NCBI GenBank assembly: GCA_050747085.1
Contig: JBOGNK010000175.1
Span: forward strand, 1,229 to 65,228
Length of the DNA stretch: 64,000 bases
Origin: Candidatus Acidiferrales bacterium
GTDB taxonomy: Bacteria > Acidobacteriota > Terriglobia > Acidiferrales > UBA7541
Direction of reading: 5' to 3'
In this document: piece by piece, positions 8,946 to 17,563 of the stretch
Position numbering within the stretch: the stretch's first letter is position 1
Layout: each line of letters opens with the position of its first letter
Program-made: the position numbers and the translations under genes
Notes under the pieces: model-generated
The model's input: the letters and a program-made list of their open reading frames with translations, nothing else
Told to the model about the DNA's origin: nothing
Databases searched by the model: none

Positions 8946-9630
8946 TCAGCGTTACGTAATACTTCTTGTCCGTTCCTCGCGTGACCGCGACGAACGCCGA
9001 AGGCGAAAAAACCGTGCCGGGATTGCTTACATTGAACCGGAACCCATCCTCCACAATCCACGGCGTATTGAAGTAATAGGTGGTGCCGACGAAATAGCTA
9101 TGGTCGCTGTGAACATCCTTCGCGTGATCGTATCCATAGCCGAAGGTGGTGATGAGCTGGCGGCGGCCGAGCCATTTGCGGTTCAGGAATGAATCCAAAC
9201 GCGAGCGGGGCCAGAAGACTCCTCCGACGCTCGACCCCATGGTGACGGACGCGTACCACGCGTCGCTGAAATTGAAAGTGTCGCCGGCATCGATGTATGT
9301 GCCGGCATCTCCAAATTCGTGCTGGCCATTCACTTCGGCGGTCAACGTGTTCTTGCCGGCTGAAAACACGGCGCGGAAGTACCCGCCGCTCCACCGGCCG
9401 TAATTGCTCGACAACTGCTCGTAGCTGCCTCCAACTTCGACGAAGTTGGTCAGCAGGCGAACCGGAGATTCGACCGATTCGTGCACCGCAGTCTCCCGGG
9501 ATGATGACGGCTGTGGATCGGCGGGAGCGGCGGCTTGTTGCGCGCTCAAGACTGGCGGTAACACGCAAGCCACAAAGAACAACCCAGCAAGCTTACTGTA
9601 ACGGCTGGCGGCGGGGCTCGCGGTTTTCAT
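8749..9630 (-). CDS. Outer-membrane beta-barrel protein (porin-like, YaiO-like), putative EPS export channel
   Basis: Start moved to ATG 9630, which forms an ATGA overlap with the upstream stop. Signal peptide KLAGLFFVACVLPPVLSAQQ, alternating aromatic/polar strands, C-terminal ...GFFKDF with a terminal Phe. Confidence 0.65.
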   Translation of the reverse strand: MKTASPAASRYSKLAGLFFVACVLPPVLSAQQAAAPADPQPSSSRETAVHESVESPVRLLTNFVEVGGSYEQLSSNYGRWSGGYFRAVFSAGKNTLTAEVNGQHEFGDAGTYIDAGDTFNFSDAWYASVTMGSSVGGVFWPRSRLDSFLNRKWLGRRQLITTFGYGYDHAKDVHSDHSYFVGTTYYFNTPWIVEDGFRFNVSNPGTVFSPSAFVAVTRGTDKKYYVTLNAEAGQEAYQVVGATSVLTRFPSQTATLTWRQWVGRSWGFNLIADIYHSPYYHRGGGSLGFFKDF

Positions 9631-11486
9631 TTCGCGACCAACCTCGACTCGAAGGTCAGTCGCCGTCCTTCTCCCGCGACGACAAACCAGGCGTTGCCGT
9701 CGGACGTGACGCGGGCGTCGCCCGAAACGATACGCGGTTCGGAGTACGAATTTTTCGGCAAGCACCACGTCGCATGGGCCAACGTGAGCGGGTCCGTTGC
9801 TTCAAAAATCGCTGAACCGCCGGTTTCGTGGACCGTCCACTTTATGGTCTTGCGAACATTGAGGAAGTCCGCGATCTGCGGCATCGTGTACCAGCGAAAT
9901 GTTCCAGCGGCTTTCAATTGCGCGGTTTTTTGCATCCACTGGTCGACGACCGCGTGGTAGCGCACGATTCCCGGCGGATGAAAATAGATGAGCCGCACTT
10001 CGCGGTGACTCGAGACGAAGTCGGTAGCATTGTCGAGCCATTGCTCAACGATGTCGTCCGTATAACCATACTTAGGCATCTCCTCGAATGTGGCGGCGCG
10101 ATCGAGGTGCAGGATCGGAAATGCCCAGATCGCCCTTCCAGCGCGTTTGCCGTGACGGTATCCGATCGTCGGTCCCATGCCTGTGTCGCCGGTGAAGTAG
10201 TAGGCAACGACGCCGTGCCGTGCGAGCCAATCGGTGACCCACTGCGGATGATTGCCCACAGGCGCCGAATACTCGCGCACGGGCTTGCCGGTGATTTTTT
10301 CGATGGCTTCCTTATTGAGTGCGAGATAACGCTGCATTTGAGCGGCATCCGTGTCATCAACGTGAGCAGCGAAGTAGTTGTGCAGCCAGCCGCCGTGACT
10401 CCCGATTTCGTACCGCAGTTGTTCGAAATGCCGAATCAGGTCCTGAACGGTTGCATTGTGAGGAACGTCAAGGCCTTGGGCGTCGCCGATTGAGTTGTCG
10501 TCGGGCCCAGCGGTGAAATCAACCGAGTAGGGCCCCTGCTGCACGATCGTCCAGGTGCTCATTTCCTGAAGCGGTTTGATAGCCCCTGCATAGTCCACAT
10601 GCCAATCGAGGACGATTCCGCCGATTCCACCGGGTACGGTCATCAGGTAAGGAAGCGAAAGAACCCTGGTGGCAAAGAACTTCAGAAACGAATGAAGAGG
10701 CAAGCCATCCGTGTAACTGGCCAAGAATCCGAGAGGCAGATTCACAAAAAGAACAGAACCCTTGCCGTATCGCCCGTATCCCGCGACGAGACCAGCGCGC
10801 GAATGCAGCAGGACGTGACCGGTGTAGTCCTTTGAGGTGGCAAAACTTGGATATTCCAAGTCACCGTATTCATAGCGGCGTAGTTCGGCAGTTTCTGTGT
10901 CGGCTGCGGTGGGGAGCCCTGGTGTTCCGAGAGGATAGTACTTACCGGGAGGTATTCCCAGTTCGTCGAGGGCGGCGATTGTTCCGCTCACAGGAGCCGA
11001 TTCGATCATGCGCGCGGCCAGCGACGAGTAAAGCGCGTAGTTAATTCCGGCAACGTCTGACAGCGGCGCCCGATCTTTCGCGTAGAATCCAGCCAGCGAT
11101 TCGGTAGCGGCATCATAGACGAGCATCAGTTTTCCGCCGCGCGTCACATAACTGCGAACGGCATTCGTGATCAGGTCGCCCGCGCGCGTATGAATCGTGT
11201 CGGGCAGAATCACGCCCGCGCATTGATGGCTGCCGGTCAAAGGATTTAGGGGATTCAAATAAGTGGAATCGTGCATGGGCACTATGTGAATGCCCTGTTC
11301 GTCGCCTGCATCCAGCCAAACGGTGACGCGCGCGTCGGAAAAGCTGGTGCCGTCGGGAACGAGGAGCAGCAGGCGGTCGGCACTGAAGGGTTGGGCGTTC
11401 CTCTTTCCGAGAACGAAAAATTCGGCGGAAAGCGCAGCCAGCACACAGAGTGCGACCGATGCGAAAATAGTTCGGCGCGCTTTCAT
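9627..11486 (-). CDS. Membrane-anchored putative polysaccharide deacetylase (CE4/PgaB-like C-terminal domain)
   Basis: N-terminal TM (IFASVALCVLAALSAEFFVL). FTAGPDD (Asp-Asp motif), GSHGGWLH (H-x4-H) and REYSAPVG are CE4-like motifs. ATGA overlap with the upstream gene. Confidence 0.6.
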   Translation of the reverse strand: MKARRTIFASVALCVLAALSAEFFVLGKRNAQPFSADRLLLLVPDGTSFSDARVTVWLDAGDEQGIHIVPMHDSTYLNPLNPLTGSHQCAGVILPDTIHTRAGDLITNAVRSYVTRGGKLMLVYDAATESLAGFYAKDRAPLSDVAGINYALYSSLAARMIESAPVSGTIAALDELGIPPGKYYPLGTPGLPTAADTETAELRRYEYGDLEYPSFATSKDYTGHVLLHSRAGLVAGYGRYGKGSVLFVNLPLGFLASYTDGLPLHSFLKFFATRVLSLPYLMTVPGGIGGIVLDWHVDYAGAIKPLQEMSTWTIVQQGPYSVDFTAGPDDNSIGDAQGLDVPHNATVQDLIRHFEQLRYEIGSHGGWLHNYFAAHVDDTDAAQMQRYLALNKEAIEKITGKPVREYSAPVGNHPQWVTDWLARHGVVAYYFTGDTGMGPTIGYRHGKRAGRAIWAFPILHLDRAATFEEMPKYGYTDDIVEQWLDNATDFVSSHREVRLIYFHPPGIVRYHAVVDQWMQKTAQLKAAGTFRWYTMPQIADFLNVRKTIKWTVHETGGSAIFEATDPLTLAHATWCLPKNSYSEPRIVSGDARVTSDGNAWFVVAGEGRRLTFESRLVAK

Positions 11487-12547
11487 AGGCGCGCGACAAC
11501 CCGGCCTGTTTCACGGGCCCAGAGCGTCCCATGAAACGAGCTGCCTTCCGTGGCATGTACGACCGGCGAACTCACCGTCGTCGGCGCTTCGGGCATCCCG
11601 CAAACAGTCCCTGAAGAGATCTCGATGCGGCGCTCGGCAAGAATGGGGCCGCCAATCCGGCAGTCGCGACTTATATACAGCTCGCCGGAGCTGATCAAAC
11701 TGCCACACACGACGGCCTTCTCCTCGAGTACGACCGATCTGTGACCTTTGGCGCTCCCCAGCATCCGCGCTCCGGCTCCAATGCGCAGCGTTCCGCGGGC
11801 GACGAGATTCTCGGGCATCACTTCACCAGGGCGAATCTCGAAATCACCGTCGATCAGCCGGCGCGCCAACGGGTGCGTCACGTTCGACGCGGGCTCGCGA
11901 TTTGCCGGGCGTTCATCTGGCGCAGACCCCAGAACAATGTGCGGAGCGTGCAGTCGCTGAAACGTGCAGCCTGAGGACAACAGGATTTCGCGGTCGGAGG
12001 AAACGCGACCGTACAACCCACATCCGCAGTCCGCTCGAAATCGGCCGACAGCATGGGCCCACCGCATTGTTTCGCTGCCCCGCCGCAGGTGAACGTCTTC
12101 GTCGCACAGGATCGCGCGAAAGGCATTTCGCTCTCCGCTGACGAGCGGTTTGGCAGAGTAGATTTCCTTCGCGAAAGTGAGGCCGTTTGGGAATGTCACG
12201 TTGGTTCCAGCGGCGACGAGCCATTCGCAGGTGGGTCCGTGAAGCCTGGCTGCCCTTATGAACGACTGCCGATCGTCTCCGAGCAGTAGATACTCCTCTC
12301 CATTCTTTAGACGCCCCCAGCCGTTGCTACGAGTTTCCGTGCACTGGCGCAGACGCTCCAACAATGGAGCGAGGTAACTCCGGAACCCGCGCGCGAAATA
12401 CGTAATGTCGCCCGCGTGTTTCTGAATTACTTCCAGCGGCTTTGCGTCGCGTTTGCGGAGCAGTTCATCAATCGCCGGCAGCAGAGGGATTGCCAGCAGC
12501 ACGCTTTCGGAAAGGACGAGAAGCGCGATTGCGGCCGGTGGTCTCAC
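11483..12547 (-). CDS. Membrane-anchored hypothetical protein with bactofilin-like beta-helical repeats
   Basis: N-terminal TM. The C-terminal half has repeating G-x-hydrophobic turns (RGTLRIGAGARMLGSAKGHRSVVLEEKAVVCGSLISSGELYISRDCRIGG). The GTG start forms a GTGA overlap with the GT2 stop. Confidence 0.4.
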   Translation of the reverse strand: MRPPAAIALLVLSESVLLAIPLLPAIDELLRKRDAKPLEVIQKHAGDITYFARGFRSYLAPLLERLRQCTETRSNGWGRLKNGEEYLLLGDDRQSFIRAARLHGPTCEWLVAAGTNVTFPNGLTFAKEIYSAKPLVSGERNAFRAILCDEDVHLRRGSETMRWAHAVGRFRADCGCGLYGRVSSDREILLSSGCTFQRLHAPHIVLGSAPDERPANREPASNVTHPLARRLIDGDFEIRPGEVMPENLVARGTLRIGAGARMLGSAKGHRSVVLEEKAVVCGSLISSGELYISRDCRIGGPILAERRIEISSGTVCGMPEAPTTVSSPVVHATEGSSFHGTLWARETGRVVARL

Positions 12548-13785
12548 GAGCTCACCCGGAAGCGCTCGGTTTTGTCCCAGTGAAATTTCGCGCCCGTAAG
12601 CGGAGCGAAAAGTTGCGACATGGCCGCGCGGGAAACAGCCACGATGCTGACGAGAAATCCGAGTACAAGGAGAGGAAGAATGCGAATGCGGATGGGAGTT
12701 GCATCGAGCCGAGCCGCGGCAGCAATTTCGAAAAATGCGGCGAAATTTCCGACAGCCGAATAGGCTGTCAAACAGAGAATCGCGAGGAGACCGTCAAAGA
12801 GACTTTGCCGCTCGTAGAATACCGCCAGCGCGAGGATCCAACCCAAAAGAGTTACAGGCGCCATTGCGTAGACGCCGAGCAGCAACGTCCCGTCGATCCG
12901 CTCTCGCCACACCGCCCGGTGGCGACCGAAAAACAGCCTCAGCGCGTACGTCACCATTGCCTGGTTGTGGCCCTTGGCCCAGCGCATGATCTGCCGGATG
13001 CGCACGGACCACGTTTCGGGAACTTCCTCATAGCACTCGGAGCGATTCTGATAAACGGTCTTCCATCCGGCGAGCAAAAGCCGGAAGGTAAGGTCAGTGT
13101 CTTCGGTAAGAGAGCTGTCGTTCCAGCCGCCGATTTCATGCAAGGCGGAGCGCCGCACACCGGCGACTGTCCCGCCGTGTTGCGGCACGAGGCGAAGATT
13201 CATTCGCGCTTGCTGGTCCACCTGATAGCCGCCGGCACGCTCCAGATCGAGCAGGCGGGTCAGCAGATTTCTCCCGACGTTGAGCGGCACAACGCGGCCC
13301 ATCACACCGCCGACCTCGGGATCAAAAAAAGGTGCAACCAGCTGCTTGATCAGTCCGGCGCCAGGGATATAGTCCGCGTCGAAAATCAGAATCACTTCGG
13401 TTTCGACGAGTTCCATTGCGTCGCGGAGCGCAGCAGCTTTGCCGCCTTTACCACCAGTGCGGTGGAAGGCCTGGATTCTTCCGGGATGCTCGGAAGCGAA
13501 TCGGTCGATGATTTGTTTGGTTCCGTCGGTCGATCGGTCGTTTACAGGCACGATCAGGAGCTTTTCAGGGGGATAGTTCACTTCGTTAAGCGCCGTCAAG
13601 ATATGGGTGATTACCTTTTCTTCGTTATGCGCGGCGACGAGCACGGTCACGTCGGGCCAGTTCGCGGTATCTATATCGACATACGGGTGGCGCTGAAATC
13701 CAAAAAGGCGATTCAGAGTGAAAAAGTAGTGCCGAACGGTGTAGATGCAAATGATCGCGACGATTAGAAATAGGCAATAGATCAT
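12544..13785 (-). CDS. Processive family-2 glycosyltransferase (PgaC/IcaA/NodC-like beta-glycan synthase)
   Basis: N-terminal TM, VTVLVAAHNEE, NDRSTDGT, IFDADY, TEDTDLT, QIMRWAKG (QxxRW processivity motif) and four C-terminal TM segments. Confidence 0.85.
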   Translation of the reverse strand: MIYCLFLIVAIICIYTVRHYFFTLNRLFGFQRHPYVDIDTANWPDVTVLVAAHNEEKVITHILTALNEVNYPPEKLLIVPVNDRSTDGTKQIIDRFASEHPGRIQAFHRTGGKGGKAAALRDAMELVETEVILIFDADYIPGAGLIKQLVAPFFDPEVGGVMGRVVPLNVGRNLLTRLLDLERAGGYQVDQQARMNLRLVPQHGGTVAGVRRSALHEIGGWNDSSLTEDTDLTFRLLLAGWKTVYQNRSECYEEVPETWSVRIRQIMRWAKGHNQAMVTYALRLFFGRHRAVWRERIDGTLLLGVYAMAPVTLLGWILALAVFYERQSLFDGLLAILCLTAYSAVGNFAAFFEIAAAARLDATPIRIRILPLLVLGFLVSIVAVSRAAMSQLFAPLTGAKFHWDKTERFRVSS

Positions 13786-13869
13786 TTCATTCGGCTACGC
13801 GCGAGAGCGGTTTACCGGCCGGACGCGCCAATGTCTGAATCGAATCTCCACGCGGCAATTCACTTTCGT

Positions 13870-15117
13870 TCAGCGCTTCGTAAGTTCCAATGCGCGTTCA
13901 GCATCCTGAATCGTGTCCGTCTTACGCCGGCGGGGACATGGCCGCGGAGGCAGCTTGAATTCCTTTTCGGGTTCGAGGAGAGGCGTGAGTCCTTGATACC
14001 AGCGCGCGACGGCCTCGACGATCCTCTCAGCGGCCTTGCCGTCGCCGTAGGGATTCTGACCCTCGGACATGTCCTGGTACGCCTTCGCATCGGTGAGCAG
14101 TTGCTCGGTTTCTCCCACGATGCGCTCACGCGACATGCCGATAATTTTCGACATTCCGAATTGCGACGCTTCCGGGCGTTCCGTGACTTTGCGCAAGACA
14201 AGAACGGGTTTCGCAAACGAAGGCGCCTCTTCCTGAACTCCGCCTGAGTCTGTGAGCACCAGAAAGCACTTGCGCAGCAAGCTCACAAATGTGACGTAGT
14301 CGAGGGGTTTCGTGAGATGAACGCGGCTGACGCCAGCGAGCAAACCGTTAACGGTTTCCTGCACGTTCGGATTCAAGTGCACGGGATAAATGACGCGGAT
14401 ATCCGAATGCCGTTCGGCCAGTTCTTTTATCGCGAGGCACATATTTTGCAGGTCGGGGCCGAAAGACTCTCGGCGGTGCGAGGTCACCAGGACGAGGCGG
14501 GAGCCGTCGTCCGGAATGCCCGCGAGTGGGGTGCCTTCCCAGGAATGCGGAAGATCCCTCAATTCACGCAAGGCGTCGACAACCGTATTGCCGGTGACGA
14601 CGATCTTCGCGGCGGGGATTCCTTCCGATAGCAGCGCATCGCGCGAAAGCGCCGTTGGAGCGAAGTGAATCTCAGTCAGAACGGACACGAGCCTTCGGTT
14701 CGCTTCTTCGGGAAACGGATTGTAGAGATCGTGACTGCGAAGGCCCGCCTCGATGTGTGCTACGGGAATCCGGCAATAGTAAGACGCGAGGGCTGATGCG
14801 AATGCGGTTGTCGTGTCGCCCTGAACGATCACGATGTTCGGCTCAAATCGATGACATGCGTTCTCGACCGTGTCGATCACACGCCCAGTCAAAGAGCTGA
14901 GCGTCTGATTCGGCCGCATCACGTCCAAGTCGAAATCCGGTTTGATCTTGAACAGTTGAAGAGCGTGATCAAGCATCGTCCGGTGCTGGCCCGTGTGCAC
15001 CACAGCCGTCTCGAAATCGTTCGAGTGGCGCCGAAGCTCATGAATCACCAGCGCGAGTTTGATGGCCTCGGGCCGCGTGCCCAGGACAGCTATGACTCGG
15101 CACTTCCGTGTTTGCAT
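13870..15117 (-). CDS. wecB: UDP-N-acetylglucosamine 2-epimerase (non-hydrolysing)
   Basis: RVIAVLGTRPEAIKLA... and DSGGVQEEAPSFAKPVLVLR signatures. Start moved to ATG 15117 (MQTRKCRVIAV). Confidence 0.9.
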   Translation of the reverse strand: MQTRKCRVIAVLGTRPEAIKLALVIHELRRHSNDFETAVVHTGQHRTMLDHALQLFKIKPDFDLDVMRPNQTLSSLTGRVIDTVENACHRFEPNIVIVQGDTTTAFASALASYYCRIPVAHIEAGLRSHDLYNPFPEEANRRLVSVLTEIHFAPTALSRDALLSEGIPAAKIVVTGNTVVDALRELRDLPHSWEGTPLAGIPDDGSRLVLVTSHRRESFGPDLQNMCLAIKELAERHSDIRVIYPVHLNPNVQETVNGLLAGVSRVHLTKPLDYVTFVSLLRKCFLVLTDSGGVQEEAPSFAKPVLVLRKVTERPEASQFGMSKIIGMSRERIVGETEQLLTDAKAYQDMSEGQNPYGDGKAAERIVEAVARWYQGLTPLLEPEKEFKLPPRPCPRRRKTDTIQDAERALELTKR

Positions 15118-15429
15118 GAATCGCCTCCCCAAGCGGGATGGATCGCGAGCGCGTTGCGCGACAGAGTGCTCGACAATGCCCACGGGCACCGGCAGGCAGA
15201 CCAGCGCGCGGCCAGGACCATGAAGCGGAAAGCACGAGCGAAACCAAATCGAAAGTCGTGTATGGCGTGTTCCCTTAAGGAATTGAAGGGTTTGTGGTTC
15301 GTTGCGTTCGCGATCAGCTTAGGGGCGGCGTTCCATTTCGGTTTCGTGCTCCGAAATGAAATACGCTGAGGGTATTCGTCTGAAGTAGGGGTCGAGTAGC
15401 GAGGCGTCTAAAACGCCGCGAACCGCGTG

Positions 15430-15457
15430 CACTCGAGCCGTCTGGTGTGCTCGAGTG
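15430..15457 (-). terminator. Candidate transcription terminator hairpin downstream of the pilX-like gene (no U-tract)
   Basis: Perfect 9-bp stem CACTCGAGC/GCTCGAGTG with a 10-nt loop, 46 nt past the stop at 15503. A second small hairpin, GGCGT-N5-ACGCC, lies at 15404-15418. Confidence 0.35.
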
Positions 15458-15502
15458 ACGCGGCTGCGGCCATTTCATTTTCTAAGACGGGAGGCGCTTT
15501 TA

Positions 15503-17536
15503 TTACGGGCGGCTCTCCTGCCAGAACGTACGCTGTACCGATGCTCCGGGCGAGGAGGGCAATACTGCGCCACTTCCTGGCTGCGGAACGGCCGTCGGGA
15601 ACCACGGCGGGCCGAATGATCCGGTACCGAAGCGCCGGTCGTAGACAGTGTTTCCCTGGCTGATGCTTACGGAGTGAGCATGGTCCTCACTGCGTCCGCC
15701 AACAATCGTCCACGTGCCGATGCTATTGCCCGGAGTCTCGAAACCAGCGTTGCCGTTCACACCACCAATCGCTGCAAGCGCCGCATCGACGGTGAGGTTT
15801 CCTCGGTTTGAGCCGCTCGAGTTCGGATAAAGGTTGATGTTTCCGTTTGTATAAATTCCGAGCACTCCGGCGTTTGTTGATGCGTTAAGCGTGTCGGACG
15901 ATGTTGAAACCGGCATACTCGTGTATGTCAGATCGCCGGTAATGCTGATGTCCGTATCGATGCTGCTGCCCGAAACGCTTCCCGTCGCAATCGTAACAGC
16001 TTGTTGGTTCGCTACTGTCCCGCTCAACCCGGTAATTTGTCCGTTGACGTATATCATGGTGGGAGACATCGGATTTCCAGAAGGATCGTCCTCCGTAATC
16101 GACGCTCCGGTGTTCGGATCTATCTGGGACGGAACGCCCGTCAGGACCTGAGTTGTGCCGCCAGAGCTCACAGTGGTTGTCCCCGCACCTGACGAGCCTG
16201 ACGCAGACGGATCCACAGTGATGGTTGTCGTGGTAGCTGAATGGCCACTTCCCTGCGTGACTGTGTAGACCTCCGTCGGATACCCGCCAGCATCAGTTCC
16301 GGCGCTCAGCGCGATCGAGGCGTTACCTGCGATGTAGAAGCCGCCGGCAGGTCCACCGCCAGATGCCCCGTACATGTTCTGACCTGAAGAATTCGTATAG
16401 TACGGAATGTAAACGCCGCTAGCCGGCGTTCCCGAACTCGGATAAGCGCCGCCCGTGACAGTCTTCAGCTCTGAGTTCATCTGGCTCTGTGTCGGCGCAT
16501 CGCTCGTGCAAGAGCCTGCCGAGCAAGCGGTGCCCGCTCCGTCAAGAACAGCCTGCGCTTGGCTGTAGCTGTTCGTCGGCGGAGTTACGGGCGCAGCTCC
16601 CGTTTGAAAGCCACCCTCAAAATTTGGCTTGTTAAAACCCCTGGGCGCATTGAGAGAGTCACTGCAACTGTTTGTCCACCAGCTAACATTCGCGCCGACC
16701 TGTGCCACCGAGTCTGTGAACGTGTAGCCGGGGTTCGTGTAGTTTCCAAAATTCCATTGGCCATCGGTGAAAAACGGTCCTGTCATGGTTCCGGGAACTA
16801 AAGGACCCTGGCAATCATCGAAGTTCGTAATATAGCCGCCCCACCTTGCGAAGCTAGGGAGGCCGCCGGTGCCAGCGGTTCCTGAGAGGCTTCGGTAGGT
16901 AATGACTCCCTGTTCGGTAACCTGCTCTTGTTCGGTGCCCGACGATTCTCCCTGGATCACGATCGTGAAGGGATAATTGAACACCCATCGGAAGTCGTCA
17001 TCATTCGGCTTGCCGTTGCATGTTGGTGGCGGAACGTCATTGGGAATGACGGGAGCACACGCATTCGAGTCAGTGGTGTTGGCTGACTCCGCCACGCTGG
17101 GCGTTCCCCATGCGACCGAAACTACCTTAAATTGTCCGTTCCACGATCCCGGATCGCCAACCTGGTAATAGCCCCCCATGTACGGCGCGTATGCGGCCGT
17201 AACCGTGGCGTTGGGCGGAGTCGTAGGGACTGCGCCGGTCATCGGAAGCGGCGGATTGACAGCGTCGTTGGCGGTGGTCGTCATCGCATTCTTGATGGCC
17301 TCTACCACCACGTTTGCGCCCGAATCAGCCGCATAGAATGATCCCCGGTAATTCCGGTAATACCCGTTGATCATCGTGTCGGAAGACGTGAGCAGCACAA
17401 TCGCGACCGCGCCGGCGCTCAGTAGCATTAGAAGAATGAGCGTGATAACGAGCGCAGCGCCCTTGGAACGCGCGCGTGCCGTATGCCGCGCGATTCCGGG
17501 GACATCAGATGTGATTGTGGTGTGGCGTGGTTTCAT
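15503..17536 (-). CDS. PilX-N-domain protein, very large Thr/Gly/Ser-rich type IV pilus minor component or tip adhesin candidate
   Basis: The N-terminus SKGAALVITLILLMLLSAGAVAIVLL...NGYYRNYRGSFYAADSGANVVVE matches the PilX N-terminal domain pattern. 677 aa. Confidence 0.65.
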   Translation of the reverse strand: MKPRHTTITSDVPGIARHTARARSKGAALVITLILLMLLSAGAVAIVLLTSSDTMINGYYRNYRGSFYAADSGANVVVEAIKNAMTTTANDAVNPPLPMTGAVPTTPPNATVTAAYAPYMGGYYQVGDPGSWNGQFKVVSVAWGTPSVAESANTTDSNACAPVIPNDVPPPTCNGKPNDDDFRWVFNYPFTIVIQGESSGTEQEQVTEQGVITYRSLSGTAGTGGLPSFARWGGYITNFDDCQGPLVPGTMTGPFFTDGQWNFGNYTNPGYTFTDSVAQVGANVSWWTNSCSDSLNAPRGFNKPNFEGGFQTGAAPVTPPTNSYSQAQAVLDGAGTACSAGSCTSDAPTQSQMNSELKTVTGGAYPSSGTPASGVYIPYYTNSSGQNMYGASGGGPAGGFYIAGNASIALSAGTDAGGYPTEVYTVTQGSGHSATTTTITVDPSASGSSGAGTTTVSSGGTTQVLTGVPSQIDPNTGASITEDDPSGNPMSPTMIYVNGQITGLSGTVANQQAVTIATGSVSGSSIDTDISITGDLTYTSMPVSTSSDTLNASTNAGVLGIYTNGNINLYPNSSGSNRGNLTVDAALAAIGGVNGNAGFETPGNSIGTWTIVGGRSEDHAHSVSISQGNTVYDRRFGTGSFGPPWFPTAVPQPGSGAVLPSSPGASVQRTFWQESRP

Positions 17537-17563
17537 GGGATCACCTCAAAGATGCGAGCCGTC

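Noticed and set aside
12442-13767. 441-aa plus-strand ORF
   Set aside because: It lies entirely antisense to the GT2 synthase gene, which has clear catalytic motifs. Its Arg/Gly/Ala-rich composition is typical of a shadow ORF in high-GC DNA.
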